Shown: positions 28,936 through 41,994 of the stretch, piece by piece
How the letters are laid out: every line of letters begins with the position of its first letter
Numbering within the stretch: position 1 is the stretch's first letter
Assembly: GCA_030141605.1 (NCBI GenBank)
Contig: JAQGDQ010000587.1
Coordinates: 71,087 to 135,086, forward strand
Direction of reading: 5' to 3'
Length of the DNA stretch: 64,000 nucleotides
From: Tubiluchus corallicola
Lineage: Eukaryota; Animalia; Priapulida
Position numbers and translations under genes: made by a program
Notes under the pieces: model-generated
Told to the model about the DNA's origin: nothing
Databases searched by the model: none
Seen by the model: only the letters and a program-made list of their open reading frames with translations

Positions 28936-29504
28936 ACTTACTTGAAAACGGGGTAGAATACTCAGCCTTCTGTTTTTTCTTGTACTAATTTTGTAGTCCC
29001 TCCAAATCTTCTTTAAGTATCTGACGCGCGTCACTACGGTCTGTAAGCCATAGACCTGCATGCTGCTCCTCAACTGTGTAGTACAAGTCGAGTATTCTAT
29101 TTACCAGAAGAAAATTATGCGTGTTTGTGATTGCTGCATGATAGAGGGAGCTTGAAACTCAATCAACATGAAGAGAAATTCAATATAATTCAAACTTAAT
29201 TATAAATTGCGCAATTAAAGCCCCGGATTTCTGTCGCGGCCAGCTCGTGTAGATAGAGACGAATCAATACCTCACTTGCGGTTACCAGAACACTTAATGC
29301 AAATGTGTGTTCAAATGCTTCCATTCTGGCTGTAACAATCGCTTAACAACCCGAGTATGCAGAGTGCTTGTCCAGTCCAAGAGCTAGTTGCTATTAGTTG
29401 TTCACATGTACCAGCTGGCGCCAAAAAAATGCGCCTAAATTTGACGTACGGTAGAAAGCACACATCTTAACACCAATTACAATACTGCAAAAGTGTTTCT
29501 GATG

Positions 29505-29895
29505 GTTAAATCATAGATTAAATAACAGTTTACTTAACGGCGGGTGAGCCCAGCTGTTAATGACATCACAGACGAACGATATTCCGTGAGCGTGTTGCAT
29601 GTGCTCGCAAAAGCGAAAATTAAAGCACAGTGCTACTTTACTAAATCCAGTGTTATATACAATGACGGGTAAATTTAAAATTTAAAAACCTCCAACATGT
29701 GCACTACGTCATAACTGTGCAGTTTTTGTGCAACGCATTTCCGGAATGCAGGTGCTGTGTCCATCTAAATAGCGCACGACGAAATTCATGTTACTGGGCG
29801 CGAACGTGATTTTAAATTTCTGTGCTTATAATTCTTTACGTAATTACGAAAGCGATAGTAATTGTTAAAGAAACAATTACGATTGTTTTCAACAT
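29505..29895 (-). mobile_element. Family A MITE, degenerate, reverse orientation
   Basis: acttaacggcgggtgagcc...tgacatcaca...gcgaaaatt.aag.acagtgctac matches the 4722 copy, with deletions. Confidence 0.6.
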
Positions 29896-29902
29896 TTTAC
29901 AC

Positions 29903-31125
29903 ACCATAGTCCAAATTATGGCCAAATTTTGATGAAATAGAGACTAACTGGATACAGCTGTCAAAGTTTCAGAAATATTTCCTAACGCCATTTTAACATT
30001 TTTTTACATTTTTACAAAATTTTGCATTTTGACGCGTTGTCCCGTGGCACTAAAAGTTCAAGAAATAGTCCTAGGTCACTAATCGTACAACCAAATGAAA
30101 GCCCACAAGCAATTTCCTATTGAACCCTAATAGTAGCCAAGTGTCAATCTGTGAACGTTATGGATATTTTTTAATAATAATAAATCTTTATTCAAGAAAT
30201 GAACGTATATACAAAAAGGTGCCTCTTTTTGCAGGCTCAGATCAACAATTTACATTTTCATATAACAAATCTTTTAAATATTTCCAGTTTCACCCTATGT
30301 ACAAGGAATAACATATTATACTTAAATTAGATTTAATTTCAAATGATTCACAAGTATTATACACATGAATTAAAAGTTATAAAGCTCCAAAGTGCAGGAC
30401 TATTTCTTGACTTTTTAGATTCCCGGGACAGCGGGCCAAAATGTAAAATTGTACAAACAAATGTCCAGAACGTGGTCAGAACGACCTAAAGAATCATTCC
30501 TGATAGTTTGGTAGCTGTATCCAATCAGTCCCGTTTTTGGCTAACAGACGGTTTAGTCTAGTGGTAATGCGTCTGCTTTCCGTCTGGGAGGTCGTGAGTT
30601 CGAACCAGCGGCCGGGTCATACCAAAGACTTTAAAAACGGGTACCTGCTTTGTCCTGCCTGACGCGTTGTATTTTAGGGTAATAATGTAGTTGTAGGTTG
30701 TTATTTACAGTCAGCGATAAAAGCTCTTTGAGCTAATGTTAATTGTTGACCCAAAAGCCGACTTTAAATAATAATAATAATAATAAACTACTGATTTTGT
30801 GAAATGGATACTCATGACGTATCCAAGGTCACTAATCATACCACCATACGAAAGCCCAAATGTATCTTCCTATTCGTCCCTAATAGTAATCAAGCGTCTA
30901 TCTGTGAACGTTTTGGAGTTACAAGCCTCCAAAGAACAGGATCATTTGTTGACCTTCTAGTGTTCGCGGACAGCGGGTCAAAATGCAAAATTTTATATAA
31001 ATGTCCAGAACGTTGTTAGAATGGCCTAATAGAGACTCATTCCTGAAAGTTTGGCAGCTGTATCCAGTCCCCTTTTTTCGGCTAACACGCCGAACAATTC
31101 GATTAATCTTAACTATAGTTTGCAA
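29903..31125. mobile_element. Long-TIR foldback/MITE-like element: one interrupted copy plus a second partial copy
   Basis: The arm ggatacagctgtcaaagtttcag...aaattttgcattttgacgcgttgtcccg (29950-30045) is inverted at 30420-30525 and 30965-31065. The core ggtcactaatc.tac..cca...gaaagccca occurs at 30075 and 30828. Confidence 0.6.
30547..30786 (+). mobile_element. tRNA-derived SINE
   Basis: A-box TAGTCTAGTGG (~30554), B-box GAGTTCGAACC (~30596), central gggtcataccaaagactttaaaaa segment, (TAA)n tail at 30767-30786. Confidence 0.8.
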
Positions 31126-31573
31126 ATGGACCCTGTTTTCTCCAAGGCAGTATTATAGATTTGCTACACATCTTTCGGTTTTGCTCATATACACCACTTC
31201 TGATGGGAGCCTTAATTTAATTACGTAATCAGAACTGCTCTACGTCTTGGAGCCTTTCGGGAAGAAATATCCCGCTTTCCTTAGGGATAATTTTGCCGGC
31301 AACTTTTATATTTGACACAATGATATCAGGTAAGCCTTCTGACGAAATGCAATTTCAACAGTTTACCACAAATATTCTCAGTCATTGCACTGTGGTTGTC
31401 AAATATTTACATAGCGTCTCGACTGCGGGAATTCATCGACGAAAATGCACACAAATATGTCAGATTTCGATATGATTTTCTCGCAAAGATATTTGCCAAA
31501 AACGTTTGAGTAACGCTAGCGGCACGTATCACGCGATTTCAAGCTACAGAGAAAGAGTTAAGTGACTTATTCT

Positions 31574-31702
31574 TAAAGGAAAGAACAAGTCACTCAGTAT
31601 GCTGGGTTTATTTTACTGCTATCACTTAAACTGTTTGTGGTGTGCTAAAGGAAAGAACAAGTCACTCAGTATGCTGGGTTTATTTTACTGCTATCGCTTA
31701 AA
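31574..31702. repeat. ~55-bp direct duplication
   Basis: taaaggaaagaacaagtcactcagtatgctgggtttattttactgctatc.cttaaac occurs twice. Confidence 0.9.
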
Positions 31703-31965
31703 CTTAGAAAAATATAACGAAGATAATTGCAGCGAGTGTGCTACGAATGCTCTAATTATTTTTCCAAACTTTACACAATGTTATCTAAACTTATTTCAAA
31801 CGATGTGCGGTCAAAATGACCCCGCCTAACGGTCACCGTGGATGTTAAATTACACAAGTTTTATGCAGCGTTACTACTAACGCAAGCCCTGTGCGCAATG
31901 TAATACAAAATTTTCAAACGAATTTTTTAAGATTTACGTAAGTAAACAGCTTTCTTGTTCTTTGA
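31700..31965 (+). mobile_element. Family C repeat, partial
   Basis: aaactttacacaatgttatctaaactt...gcagcgttactactaacgcaagccc matches 46930-47100. Confidence 0.65.
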
Positions 31966-32396
31966 GACAAATTATACCTACTGCTTTTGAAATTTACCAG
32001 GAAAGCTATTTTTAGAGTGGCTACCACGTGGTTTTTCTATCTGCACTGACTGGTTGTTTCATATTGATCATGTCAGTTTTTCCAAGTCTTTGTAAACTCA
32101 TCTTCTCGGCAGCTTTCTTATAAAACTCAACGTTTTTATTTGCTGGACGGGATAAGCCGATGAAATGCAGCATCACGGAAAGCTTTTACTGAATCAGGAT
32201 GCTATTACTGAAAGGTTAAAACCAACAGATGCTGTGAAACGTCAGAATCTATCGTCCATCAAGTAAATAAGACTGCACCTGCGCCTTATAGCTACCGAAA
32301 AAATAAATAGGCCTACTGGTGTCTTGCTGACATGCTGCAGAGCTACAGGATAACTACTCAAAAATCAATAACTTCTGCAATTGAACTAAACATTAA

Positions 32397-32886
32397 CCCT
32401 TTCATCCCAAATTATTTTTTTAATAAAATTTTTTTTTGGCTTGGTACTTTTGTTCAGTATGTCCATCTTGTTTACACATAATAATTATTTTTTTCTACCT
32501 GTGCCCGCGTGCTAAATATAGCCTGTATCCCACGGGATACATTGGGATTCAATGGTTGCTAAACATGACTTTTTTAAAAACACAACAAAAGCAAAAAATG
32601 TGCTTCATTTTGCAACTGCTGATAATTTTTTAAAGTATTTCAGACATTTAGTGTGCATGCTATGCTGATCTGTACAAAGCCGTCTCTAAAGTACTGTACC
32701 TTGCGCAGTTTTTTATACTATGTAGATTTTCTAGTTTGCCATTTTATCACCATTTTTAGTCTATTGTTATTGGCTTAAATCAAAATAACTATTAACAGAT
32801 CAAATAACTGTCAGTTTTAAAATTTTATTAATTTTAAAGGCAGAAAATATTCTCGTATCCCACGGGATACAACGGGTATGAAAGGG
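32397..32886. mobile_element. piggyBac-type MITE
   Basis: TTAA|CCCTTTCATCCC ... GGGTATGAAAGGG|TTAA. The palindromic motif gtatcccacgggatac occurs twice (about 32525 and 32855). TTAA TSD with CCC/GGG ends is the piggyBac signature. Confidence 0.85.
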
Positions 32887-32890
32887 TTAA

Positions 32891-33146
32891 AGGAAAACTC
32901 GACCAAATCTTGAACTATAACTCATAACTATTTATTCTTTAAAACATTGAAAGGAAAACATACTCTTTTTTTCAAAAATGACTTAAATGAAAAAAATCAT
33001 TGCCACACAAACACAATTTCGCATTCGCTTCACTTGTATTTAATCTATTATTTAATAAGCAGAAACGCTTTTCCTGTATTATTGGTGTTAAAATGTATCG
33101 GACTTGAAATTGGGGTAGTACGTGAAAAAACTCATCATATCTTTCT
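32891..33146 (+). mobile_element. Family A MITE, internally deleted (~256 bp)
   Basis: TTAA|aggaaaac ... catatctttct|TTAA; retains only the terminal portions of the ~617-bp form. Confidence 0.7.
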
Positions 33147-34789
33147 TTAACTTGACTCAAAAAACGGCTCCCCTTCAAACGAAATAAGTAAATTGTTTCA
33201 TCGTTCTTAGTACAAAAGCTCTTCCTCTTAGTACAAGACTGCATATTATAGTTAAAGAACTATTTACTTACGAAACTTTAATGACAATGCAAACAACGAA
33301 AATCAATAATTTCTAAATCAAATTCATGCGAATTTTCCCCTAAAATTTTCAGTTTCGTAATAGTTGGGGAATAGCCTTCCTTTTACTCATAGATTCCCAA
33401 AAGAACAATGTCGGGCAAGGAACTACCAAACCAACAAATTTGCCTAAAGCGCATGCGCAAATAACTGTGACACTCCACAGAAATGGGAGATGGAAGGCAA
33501 CTTCAAGAGCTTCGGAACTGTTGAAAAATTGACCGCTTAGCGAACAATCAGTCACAGGAATCCATTTGCTAGGAATTGACTGATCGTTTGGCTTGAAATA
33601 AGATTGCTCTTCTTGGAACTAATCGTCTGAGCAACCATTCCCAGGACAATAAACATTCAGCGTGCTGGACTGCCACGTTTAACGAAATGAAAAGTAATAT
33701 TTCAACTTCGACTCGTTTGAAATTGAAGCTGAATATTGATGTTCAAGTAGGCACCGTTTTCACATTAATACTCGTTTCTTCCCGAAGTCAAACAAAAAGG
33801 TTTCCATTATTAACACTTGCAGCTACCGCTGATAGGTCCACGTAAAGTGATGGAAGTGGTGCTGATAAGCCACTGGCATAGCAGTGTCTAGCATACAGTG
33901 CAAACTTGCTTTACAATGGACCATTTTATATTAAGATCTTGTTGCTAAATTTGAGCAAAATGCGCCTTAAGTTTGGGCAGTTTTTTAGATTATAATTACT
34001 TGAGATTATGTTAATTTACATTTTTGTGTTACTAGACAGGGAACTTGCTTCATTAATAATCTTGATTTTAGCAATCACTTTAATACTGTTTGTTTAACAT
34101 CACTGTAAATAATGTTATATGCACCATTAAAAAAGCTAATTAATGAATGTGCAATATGTAATGTTGTAGAATTCACTCTGTTCATGTAAACTGTATGATA
34201 AAAGAGAAATAATTAATAAGATTTACATCTTTTAAAGGTTTTTTAAAAACTTTGCTACTCTGAGCGCAGATCAAGGGGGCACCAGGCACCACCAACAGAC
34301 TCAGGGAGCTGATTCCAGATTTTAATTATTCTTAAATAACTATGGAAGTTTTTGCTGAATTAATCAAAGTGGTTTATTTATGATATTGCAGCAATGATCA
34401 GGCTGAAATAACAACAACAAAATAATTACATATAATACTGCCATACCGCATAGAGTGTAAGTACAAATATAAATGTTTCGAATTATACTAATTTAAGAAT
34501 TGTTCCTTTAATCACAAAAGTAAAATTGCAAATAATATACCGTTCTAAATGTTAAACATCTGCTTGACACTGCATGGAGTTCTTATTGTTAAATGTGTTA
34601 AAAATTGCCTCCTGGCAAACAGCAATATGGGTGCCTTCATATGCTGAAATCTTCGAGATCCTCTAATTCTGTTTGAGAAAAAGTTTTTAAAACAACCAAG
34701 TCGGCAGTGAGCGGGCTGTAACTTCAAGCGATGACTCCTGGTTACAATAGATAAAGGTGCTTTGGTAAAAATACATCTTTGTTTATAGC

Positions 34790-35492
34790 ACTGTCACCAT
34801 GTAATATAGAATAACACATTGTCAGATCACAATGTAATATAGAAAAACACATTGCCAGATCACAATGTAATATAGAACAACACATTGTCAGATCACTATG
34901 TAATATAGAACAACACATTGTCAGATCACAATGTAATATAGAACAACGCATTGTCAGATCACAAAGTAATATAGAATCACACATTGTCAGATCACAATGT
35001 AATATAGAATAACACATTGTCAGATCACAATGTAATATAGAACAACACATTGTCAAATCACTGTGTAATATAGAACAACACATTGTCAGATCACAATGTA
35101 ATATAGAACAACGCATTGTCAGACCACTATGTAATATAGAACAACGCATTGTCAGATCACAATGTAATATAGAACAACGCATTGTCAGATCACAATGTAA
35201 TATAGAACAACACATTGTCAAATCACAATGTAATATAGAATAACACATTGTCAGATCACTGTGTAATATAGAACAACACATTGTCAGATCACAATGTAAT
35301 ATAGAACAACGCATTGTCAGATCACTATGTAATATAGAACAACGCATTGTCAGATCACAATGTAATATAGAACAACACATTGTCAGATCACTGTGTAATA
35401 TAGAACAACGCATTGTCAGATCACAATGTAATATAGAACAACACATTGTCAAATCACAATGTAATATAGAATAACACATTGTCAGATCACAG
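34790..35492. repeat. 33-bp minisatellite, ~21 copies
   Basis: Unit cattgtcagatcacaatgtaatatagaacaaca, with internal dyad acattgt..acaatgt. Confidence 0.97.
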
Positions 35493-35529
35493 TTCTACGA
35501 AGTTCGAGTGGCTCAAAACGCTAATCGGT

Positions 35530-35795
35530 CAGTGTGTGACATACTGTCAAGTTTGCTATCAGTCAGGGTGTGACATACTGTCAAGTTTGCTATCAGTCAG
35601 GGTGTGACATACTGTCAAGTTTGCTATCAGTCAGGGTGTGACATACTGTCAAGTTTGCTATCAGTCAAGGTGTGACATACTGTCACGTTTGCTAATCAGT
35701 CAGGGTGTGACATACTGTCAAGTTTGCTATCAGTCAGGGTGTGACATACTGTCAAGTTTGCTATCAGTCAGGGTGTGACATACTGTCACGATTGC
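35530..35795. repeat. 34-bp minisatellite, ~8 copies
   Basis: Unit gtgtgacatactgtcaagtttgctatcagtcagg, with internal dyad tgaca-tac-tgtca. Confidence 0.95.
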
Positions 35796-36214
35796 TCCTA
35801 GCAAATACTGCTTGCCGCTGTCGTCATCTCTTCCATTAATGATGATGACAAAAACTGCTATGTCTCTTTGAAAATTTCCCCGTTGATTGTATCAGCCAAA
35901 TTTTAACAGCTTTATTTGTTTATTGGGTCACCTTTGAATTTCTCCAGTCGTTAAGGTGCAAAAATGACGAAGTTGAATTATTTGGAAATTGCGATTTTGT
36001 GTGAATTGCGCACCCACAAGCTCTTTTATCGAATTTTTACGATTGAATCAATGCGTTGCCGTCACGCGAAGGACTAATAAAAGAGATTCCTTTTATTGCG
36101 TCTCCGACTATAAAAATCAGATTTTCACTGAGACTACTGACAATGACAACACAAAGGCTGGACAACAGAGATGCATCCTTCCAGCAGAACTTTCATGATA
36201 AGGGAAGCCACTAA

Positions 36215-36471
36215 AAACAGGATGATTTTTCTTATACTGTCCATTTTCAAGTCCGAACATATATAGTTTAGCACAATTAATACTGCAAAAGCATTTCTCA
36301 TAATTACATAATAGATTAAAATCTTAATTAATAGATACTAGCTAGCTGTTATAACTGTTACAACAGCGTGGGATTCGAGGCGTTGTCAAGTGTACACAAA
36401 TGCGTTGTCTGGTATACTTAACCTTCGACCTTTTCACGATCATCATCAATCGCTGGAAGTGTGAAAAGGCT
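36215..36471. mobile_element. Family A 3' end (reverse) fused to Family B 3' end
   Basis: acaggatgatttttc...aatcttaattaa (A) is followed directly by gatactagctagctgtt...gtgaaaaggct (B). Confidence 0.65.
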
Positions 36472-36702
36472 TGTTGCCGTTACAATTGCTTTGAGCATGA
36501 CTTAAAACATTGAAACTAGAATTAGAGGTTAGTGCTTCCTAGTGGGTTTAAGTTTGGGGTTAGTAGCTTGCTACACGCGTAGATTATTTTTGGAGGATAC
36601 GTGGGTCAAGGTTCATTGGTTGCCATGCCAACTGGCTCAACGACAAAGCAGCAGACTGTTGGACTAATTACCTAAAAATTACCTAATTATCTGCAGTTTT
36701 CT

Positions 36703-37025
36703 AAATAAGTATGTTCTGTTTGGTTATTCTTCCTTGTATTCATTTTGCTTATCAAATTTTATATCATTTTCGTACAAGCAGACTAAAACACCATCCTAGT
36801 CACTGAGTTTTGCTTTCGGTGCATTTCAAAATAACTATGTTCTGCTGGGTTATTCTACCTCGTATTCATCTTGGCTATCAAATTTTATATCATTTTCGTA
36901 AAACTGGACTGAAAAGCGATCCTAGTCACCGAGTTTTGCTTCCAGTGCATTTCAAAATAACTATGTTCTGCTGGGTTATTCTACCTCGTATTCATCTTGG
37001 CTATCAAATTTTATACCATTTTCGT
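36703..37025. repeat. 126-bp tandem repeat, ~2.6 copies
   Basis: ataactatgttctgctgggttattctacctcg at 36831 and 36957; a diverged copy near 36705. Confidence 0.9.
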
Positions 37026-37502
37026 GAAAGCAAACTTCATTATTTTCAACATCACGATACGCACATGATTATGCGTCAAGGGAATTGCCATTAATTTAGT
37101 TGCACGTCACAGACGACAAAAAGCACAATACGTTTTCGTGAGATGACAACTCTGATGAGAAAGCTAAAAGAGGAGCCCTGTCAGTTCAGCCATTTGCTGC
37201 AAATTTCAGAGATATGTAAGAACAATAACCGATGCTCGAATTGTCGTAATATTAGCAACACTAATTGTAATCGTAATTGCAATTTATCAGTGGCGGTTTC
37301 TAGCTAAAATTAGTGGGGGTGCTGATTCAGAAAATTTTTAGCCATTGTTTTAATACTGTGTAAAACGTAACAAACGTGTAATATTAATGTTGTAGTTATA
37401 TTAGAAGATCAGTTGTTGAACGGCCTCTTTTCTTAACTGCAACTTTCTCACGGAGAGACAGTTGTGAAAAATTATGCTGTTGTAGTTCACTTACTGTCGC
37501 AG

Positions 37503-38080
37503 AACTCAATTCTTGCAACATTAACAATATTGCATTGAGCTACAGCACACATTAATACCTATTTTACTCAATTTTTACAACATTAACAATATTGCATTGA
37601 GCTGCAGCAACATTAATACTAATTTTAATCTATTCTTGGAACATTAACAACTTTGCATTGAGCTACAGCAACATTAATTCTTATTTATTCAATTCTTACA
37701 ACATTAACAACATTGCATTGAGCTGCAGTAGTGTTAATACATATTTTACTCAATTCTTACAATATTAACAATATTGCATTGAGCTGCAGCAACATTAATA
37801 CTAATTTTAATCTATTCTTGGAACATTAACAACTTTGCATTGAGCTACAGCAACATTAATTCTTATTTATTCAATTCTTACAACATTAACAACATTGCAT
37901 TGAGCTGCAGTAGTGTTAATACATATTTTACTCAATTCTTGCAACGTTAACAACATTGCTTCGAAATGCAGCAATACTAGTGCTTATTTCACTTATTTTC
38001 TGCAGCATTAACAACATTTTACTTAGCTGGTACAACAACATTAACACTTATTTGACTCAGTTACTTGCACATTAACAACA
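37503..38080. repeat. ~61-bp minisatellite, ~9 copies, with a 3-unit block duplication
   Basis: The unit caacattaacaa.attgcattgagct.cagca.cattaat recurs; about 37580-37760 is duplicated at about 37763-37945. Confidence 0.9.
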
Positions 38081-38962
38081 CAGCACATTACTCAACAACA
38101 ACAACATTGGACAGAACAGCAGCTACGATTGTTCGCTGGAAACAACAATTTACATTGGAAAACTCATCAACTCTTCGTCTGACAGTGGCTGTAGTCGTTG
38201 CACGGAGCTGCTTAATGAATCTGTCAATGGGGATTGGAGCAGAGCTGAGATCACGTCACTCTGGCTTTCTGGATCGAGTAATTGATGAACAGCAAGACAA
38301 GCAAACTATATATTCTGCAGTTTAATTATCTGGTCAGTGGGCCAAATGTCTAATTTAAATGAGGTTTTGACTGAGAATAGTACAAAGAATGCCCACCAGC
38401 GTCGCTCGGATCCTCACTCGGAAATTGGCATTCTCTTAAAAAATGACAAACGCCTGGAAAGTGGCAATTATAGCAACTTTTTATATGAGTGCTAGTTAGC
38501 TTGTTTGGAGCCAATAAATGCAAAACTGCACGCAGGTTCAATCAGACAGATTGCTATCGCTCATTTGTAATCTTAATGAATGTGATGATTATCATTAATG
38601 ATGGAATAATTCCACAATGTTAATCTTGAATTTAAGATAATATAAATAATTGATTATTTGCCCACGGAAATTTGGAGCTTAAAATTAATCGAATAAGAAT
38701 CGTCTAATTAGTTAGAAACATTCAGGTATGAGCAGTACGCAAGCTTTATACAGCGTTGCTGCTAACGCAGGCTCTGTGTGCAATAAGACATCGTGTAAGT
38801 AAAATAAAATTTTAAGACGACTTTCATGCTTTATTTGTGAAGACTGTTTTCCTGTATTTATATTTTAAAGAAATTGACTTAGGGACACAATCAGTAGTTA
38901 AGCAATACTGCCAATACAAGATTTCTGCACCCAATACATTTATTAAAGTGATAACAGGAATT

Positions 38963-39140
38963 AGCCTTTTCACTGTTTCGTTGTGCGCACGCGCAGTTGC
39001 TGTAGGTCAAAGATTAAGTGTTAGCACAGCACCGCGTGTTAACTACAGCCGTCACGTGAATGTGTGTAAAGCAAAGCCGTCTGTCACATCAGTTCAATCA
39101 CTTCAGTTGTTTTACGTAGACTTTGCTTAATTATGCATTG
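38963..39140 (+). mobile_element. Family B MITE, 5' half
   Basis: agccttttcactgtttcgttgtgcgcacgcgcagttgctgtaggtcaaa... Confidence 0.7.
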
Positions 39141-40827
39141 TGGTCGACCTGTTTAACGTTTTGTTCTACTCCAAGTGGCTTTCCACGTACCGTAAAGAGT
39201 TAAACTAACTTTAATTTTCATTTTACAACAGTAACATTCCAATCATCAGATGGGTGCTAATGGGATGCTGATATTGATTTCTTACCACCATTTGTCATAC
39301 GCATTTTATTGCGTCATAGACACATGGCTGCCACGCTGATGATACCCGGGGAACCGGTATGCTTTTCAGCGGTTCGTCGGTCATTAACTGTGGCTTCATT
39401 AGATACCGTTTTTCCTTCGATGAAGCCATGTAAGTGTAACCCAGTAATTACCCCTTCAGCTTGTTGAAGCCATGCAGTACGGTTGATACAGAATCAGTCA
39501 AGTTCAGTGGCAAAAGAAAAGTTGCAAGATCATTTAATGCAAAGCAAAGGTTTCTTTGAAACCGACACTTAGAATTTGCGTATTTGTCGCATAGCCTTTT
39601 AACACTAAAACGGTTTAAGCAACTGAGTAAACTGTCTCAGTGAACAAGTAATTCCCTTGAATGCACGTATGCGTAAACCGTTTCAGAATGTGAACAAATT
39701 ATTGCATGAATGGGTATAACACTTCAATTTATTATTCTAAATTTATTTCATACATTTAAAAGTACATAGCATTATATAAAAAATTAAAAAAACGCTCAGC
39801 TGTACTATAAAATTACGATAGAAACTAATAAAATATTTACATATATACATATGCAACCAGAAACAAAACATAAAAACACAAGACAAATCACTAAAAAATA
39901 CAATATACAGAGGCACAAAATCCAACAAAAGTCACCTTTGCAATGGTAAAAATTGTTGGTTTCATAATGCAAAACGCAGTTTGTACCAATTCGTTCATAA
40001 AACTGTATTGCGATATGCAGAGTAAACATACAATTTATCGATGATATCATTAGGTATTTCTGCCAGCCCATTACATAAAGGATGCTGTTATCTTTATTGT
40101 AATTACATCCTAGTTAGGAAAATTAAAATTTACAAATTTTTCGCGAATGCTGCATCTTCCCATAATATTTAAAGAGCCTACGAAATGCATTATTGTGGGC
40201 CACCTTTAAAAAAAGTGTAGCTGTTTTGGAAAAAGTTGCACCAAAGGCGCATGCGTAAAATTGATAATGAGGAATTACGTATGTTGTATTTGAGAGAGTG
40301 AAGCACCATTTATTTACATACTAAATAATACGTAAACAATACAGGTTTATAAAAATTAATTTTAAAACCTCTCAGTACGTTAAACATCCACTGTGTGCCT
40401 CTCCGTTTGAAAACCAGTAAACCACCTCAGTGTGAAAATGGACAAACCGTCTCAGTAAGCAGAGGAGTAAAGCATTTCAGTTTATGGATGAATAAACCAA
40501 TTCGTTTGCGGAAGAGTAAACCGTTTCGGGAAGTCTATGAACAAACCGCTTCAGTGTGTGAATATACCACATCAAAGTGTGACAACAGCAGCCATACACT
40601 AACGTACGTAAATAAACAAAGCATCTCTACACCCCATTCTTCCCGGAAAGACGGAAGAGAATAAAATTCCCTGTTGACAGACGTAAATGGCCTGGTAAGT
40701 CGTTTAGATGCAAACAAGACATTTTACTTGATTAAATTTCAAAACAAACGTGCAAAGACACGCGCTCAAATCAGAAAAGCTTTACACATTTATTTGCGTT
40801 TGTCAACATGCACGAGACCTGCTAATA

Positions 40828-41225
40828 AGCCTTTTCGCAGTTTCGTTGTGCGCACGCGCAATTGTTGCAGGTCAAATGTTAAACTACCAGGCAACGCATT
40901 TGTATACACTTCACAACGCCTCGCAGGCCATCCTATTGTAATAGTAGCAGTTCTAACAATTAACTAGAACCTTGCCTAGTTCATTTTTTCTTGTTCTCAA
41001 GCAAGATCCTGCTAGTAAATTACCCTTAAGTGCAGACTAATGCATAATTAAATAAAGTCCTTATTTAAATTAATTAAATAAGTGACTTTACGGAACTGAT
41101 GCTGCAGACGACTTTGCTTTACATACATGTTGCGCGTCGAATGCAGTTAAGACGCGTTGCTGTGATACACTTAACCATTCATCTTCAGCAACTGCGCGTG
41201 CGCACAGTGAAACTTTGAAAAGGCT
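40828..41225. mobile_element. Family B composite: forward 5' stub plus reverse partial copy
   Basis: 40828-40890 is the B 5' end (+). 40915-41225 is the reverse complement of the B 5' two-thirds, ending gaaaaggct. Confidence 0.65.
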
Positions 41226-41994
41226 TTTTAACAGACATCTGTAATTGTTTCTCTCATAAAAAATTAAGGAAATGAAGTTCTCATAAAATACATAAATACC
41301 CGCGCGGCAGTCTCTGGCAGGCATTTTTTCTATTAAACCGACAGTGAAATATTAAACCGGGTAGCAATATATAAATTATGCATATAAACAAACCGTGTTC
41401 TTACCAAAACCTTTGATTCCCTTGTTAGAAGCGTGCGATGGACATGGTAAAATATATTACATAAGCAAACGCAGATCAAAGTCTTTGGCGCCAATTTGCA
41501 AAATGAAACGCACCCGAGCGATAGATCGTCAGACTTGGGGGAAATTCGGATCTTGTTCTTAACGTTTTATGTAATTTTCTTCGGCGCACCGTTTCAACCA
41601 AAAGCAATCTTCCCGGAGATCGGCTCTTGCAAGGCTCATAAAATTGCGTTAACTGTCGACCTGACGAACTGGTCGCCGTGAATTTAAATAAGCTAATTTG
41701 AATCGAGTCGCTGAGCAAAGGCCGTGTCAAGATTGCGGAATTTTTTTATCCGGTAATCCTATTTAGAAAATGCGAACAGACGAGTGGCGGTAATGAAGTG
41801 GTTCGGAGTTAATATTGCAGTGATGAGAAGGTTATTGGACTGCAGTGTTTGTGTTAATTGTTTCTGTTGTCGTCAAATTATCTTCTTCTTTCTATAAATC
41901 ATTTAAGCATTTTACGCACATAAGTAACTCGGGTAAATTTAAAAAAAAATTGGTCGGCCAAGAAGGGACGTTTTGGAAAGAAAACATTTTGCAT

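Noticed and set aside
30547-30620. Functional tRNA gene
   Set aside because: The acceptor stem does not pair convincingly, and it continues into a SINE body and (TAA)n tail.
39760-40090. Possible L2/Crack-like LINE 3' remnant on the minus strand (EIPNDIIDKLY...), with a similar hint at 51500-51720
   Set aside because: The resemblance is short and from memory only; it needs a profile search.
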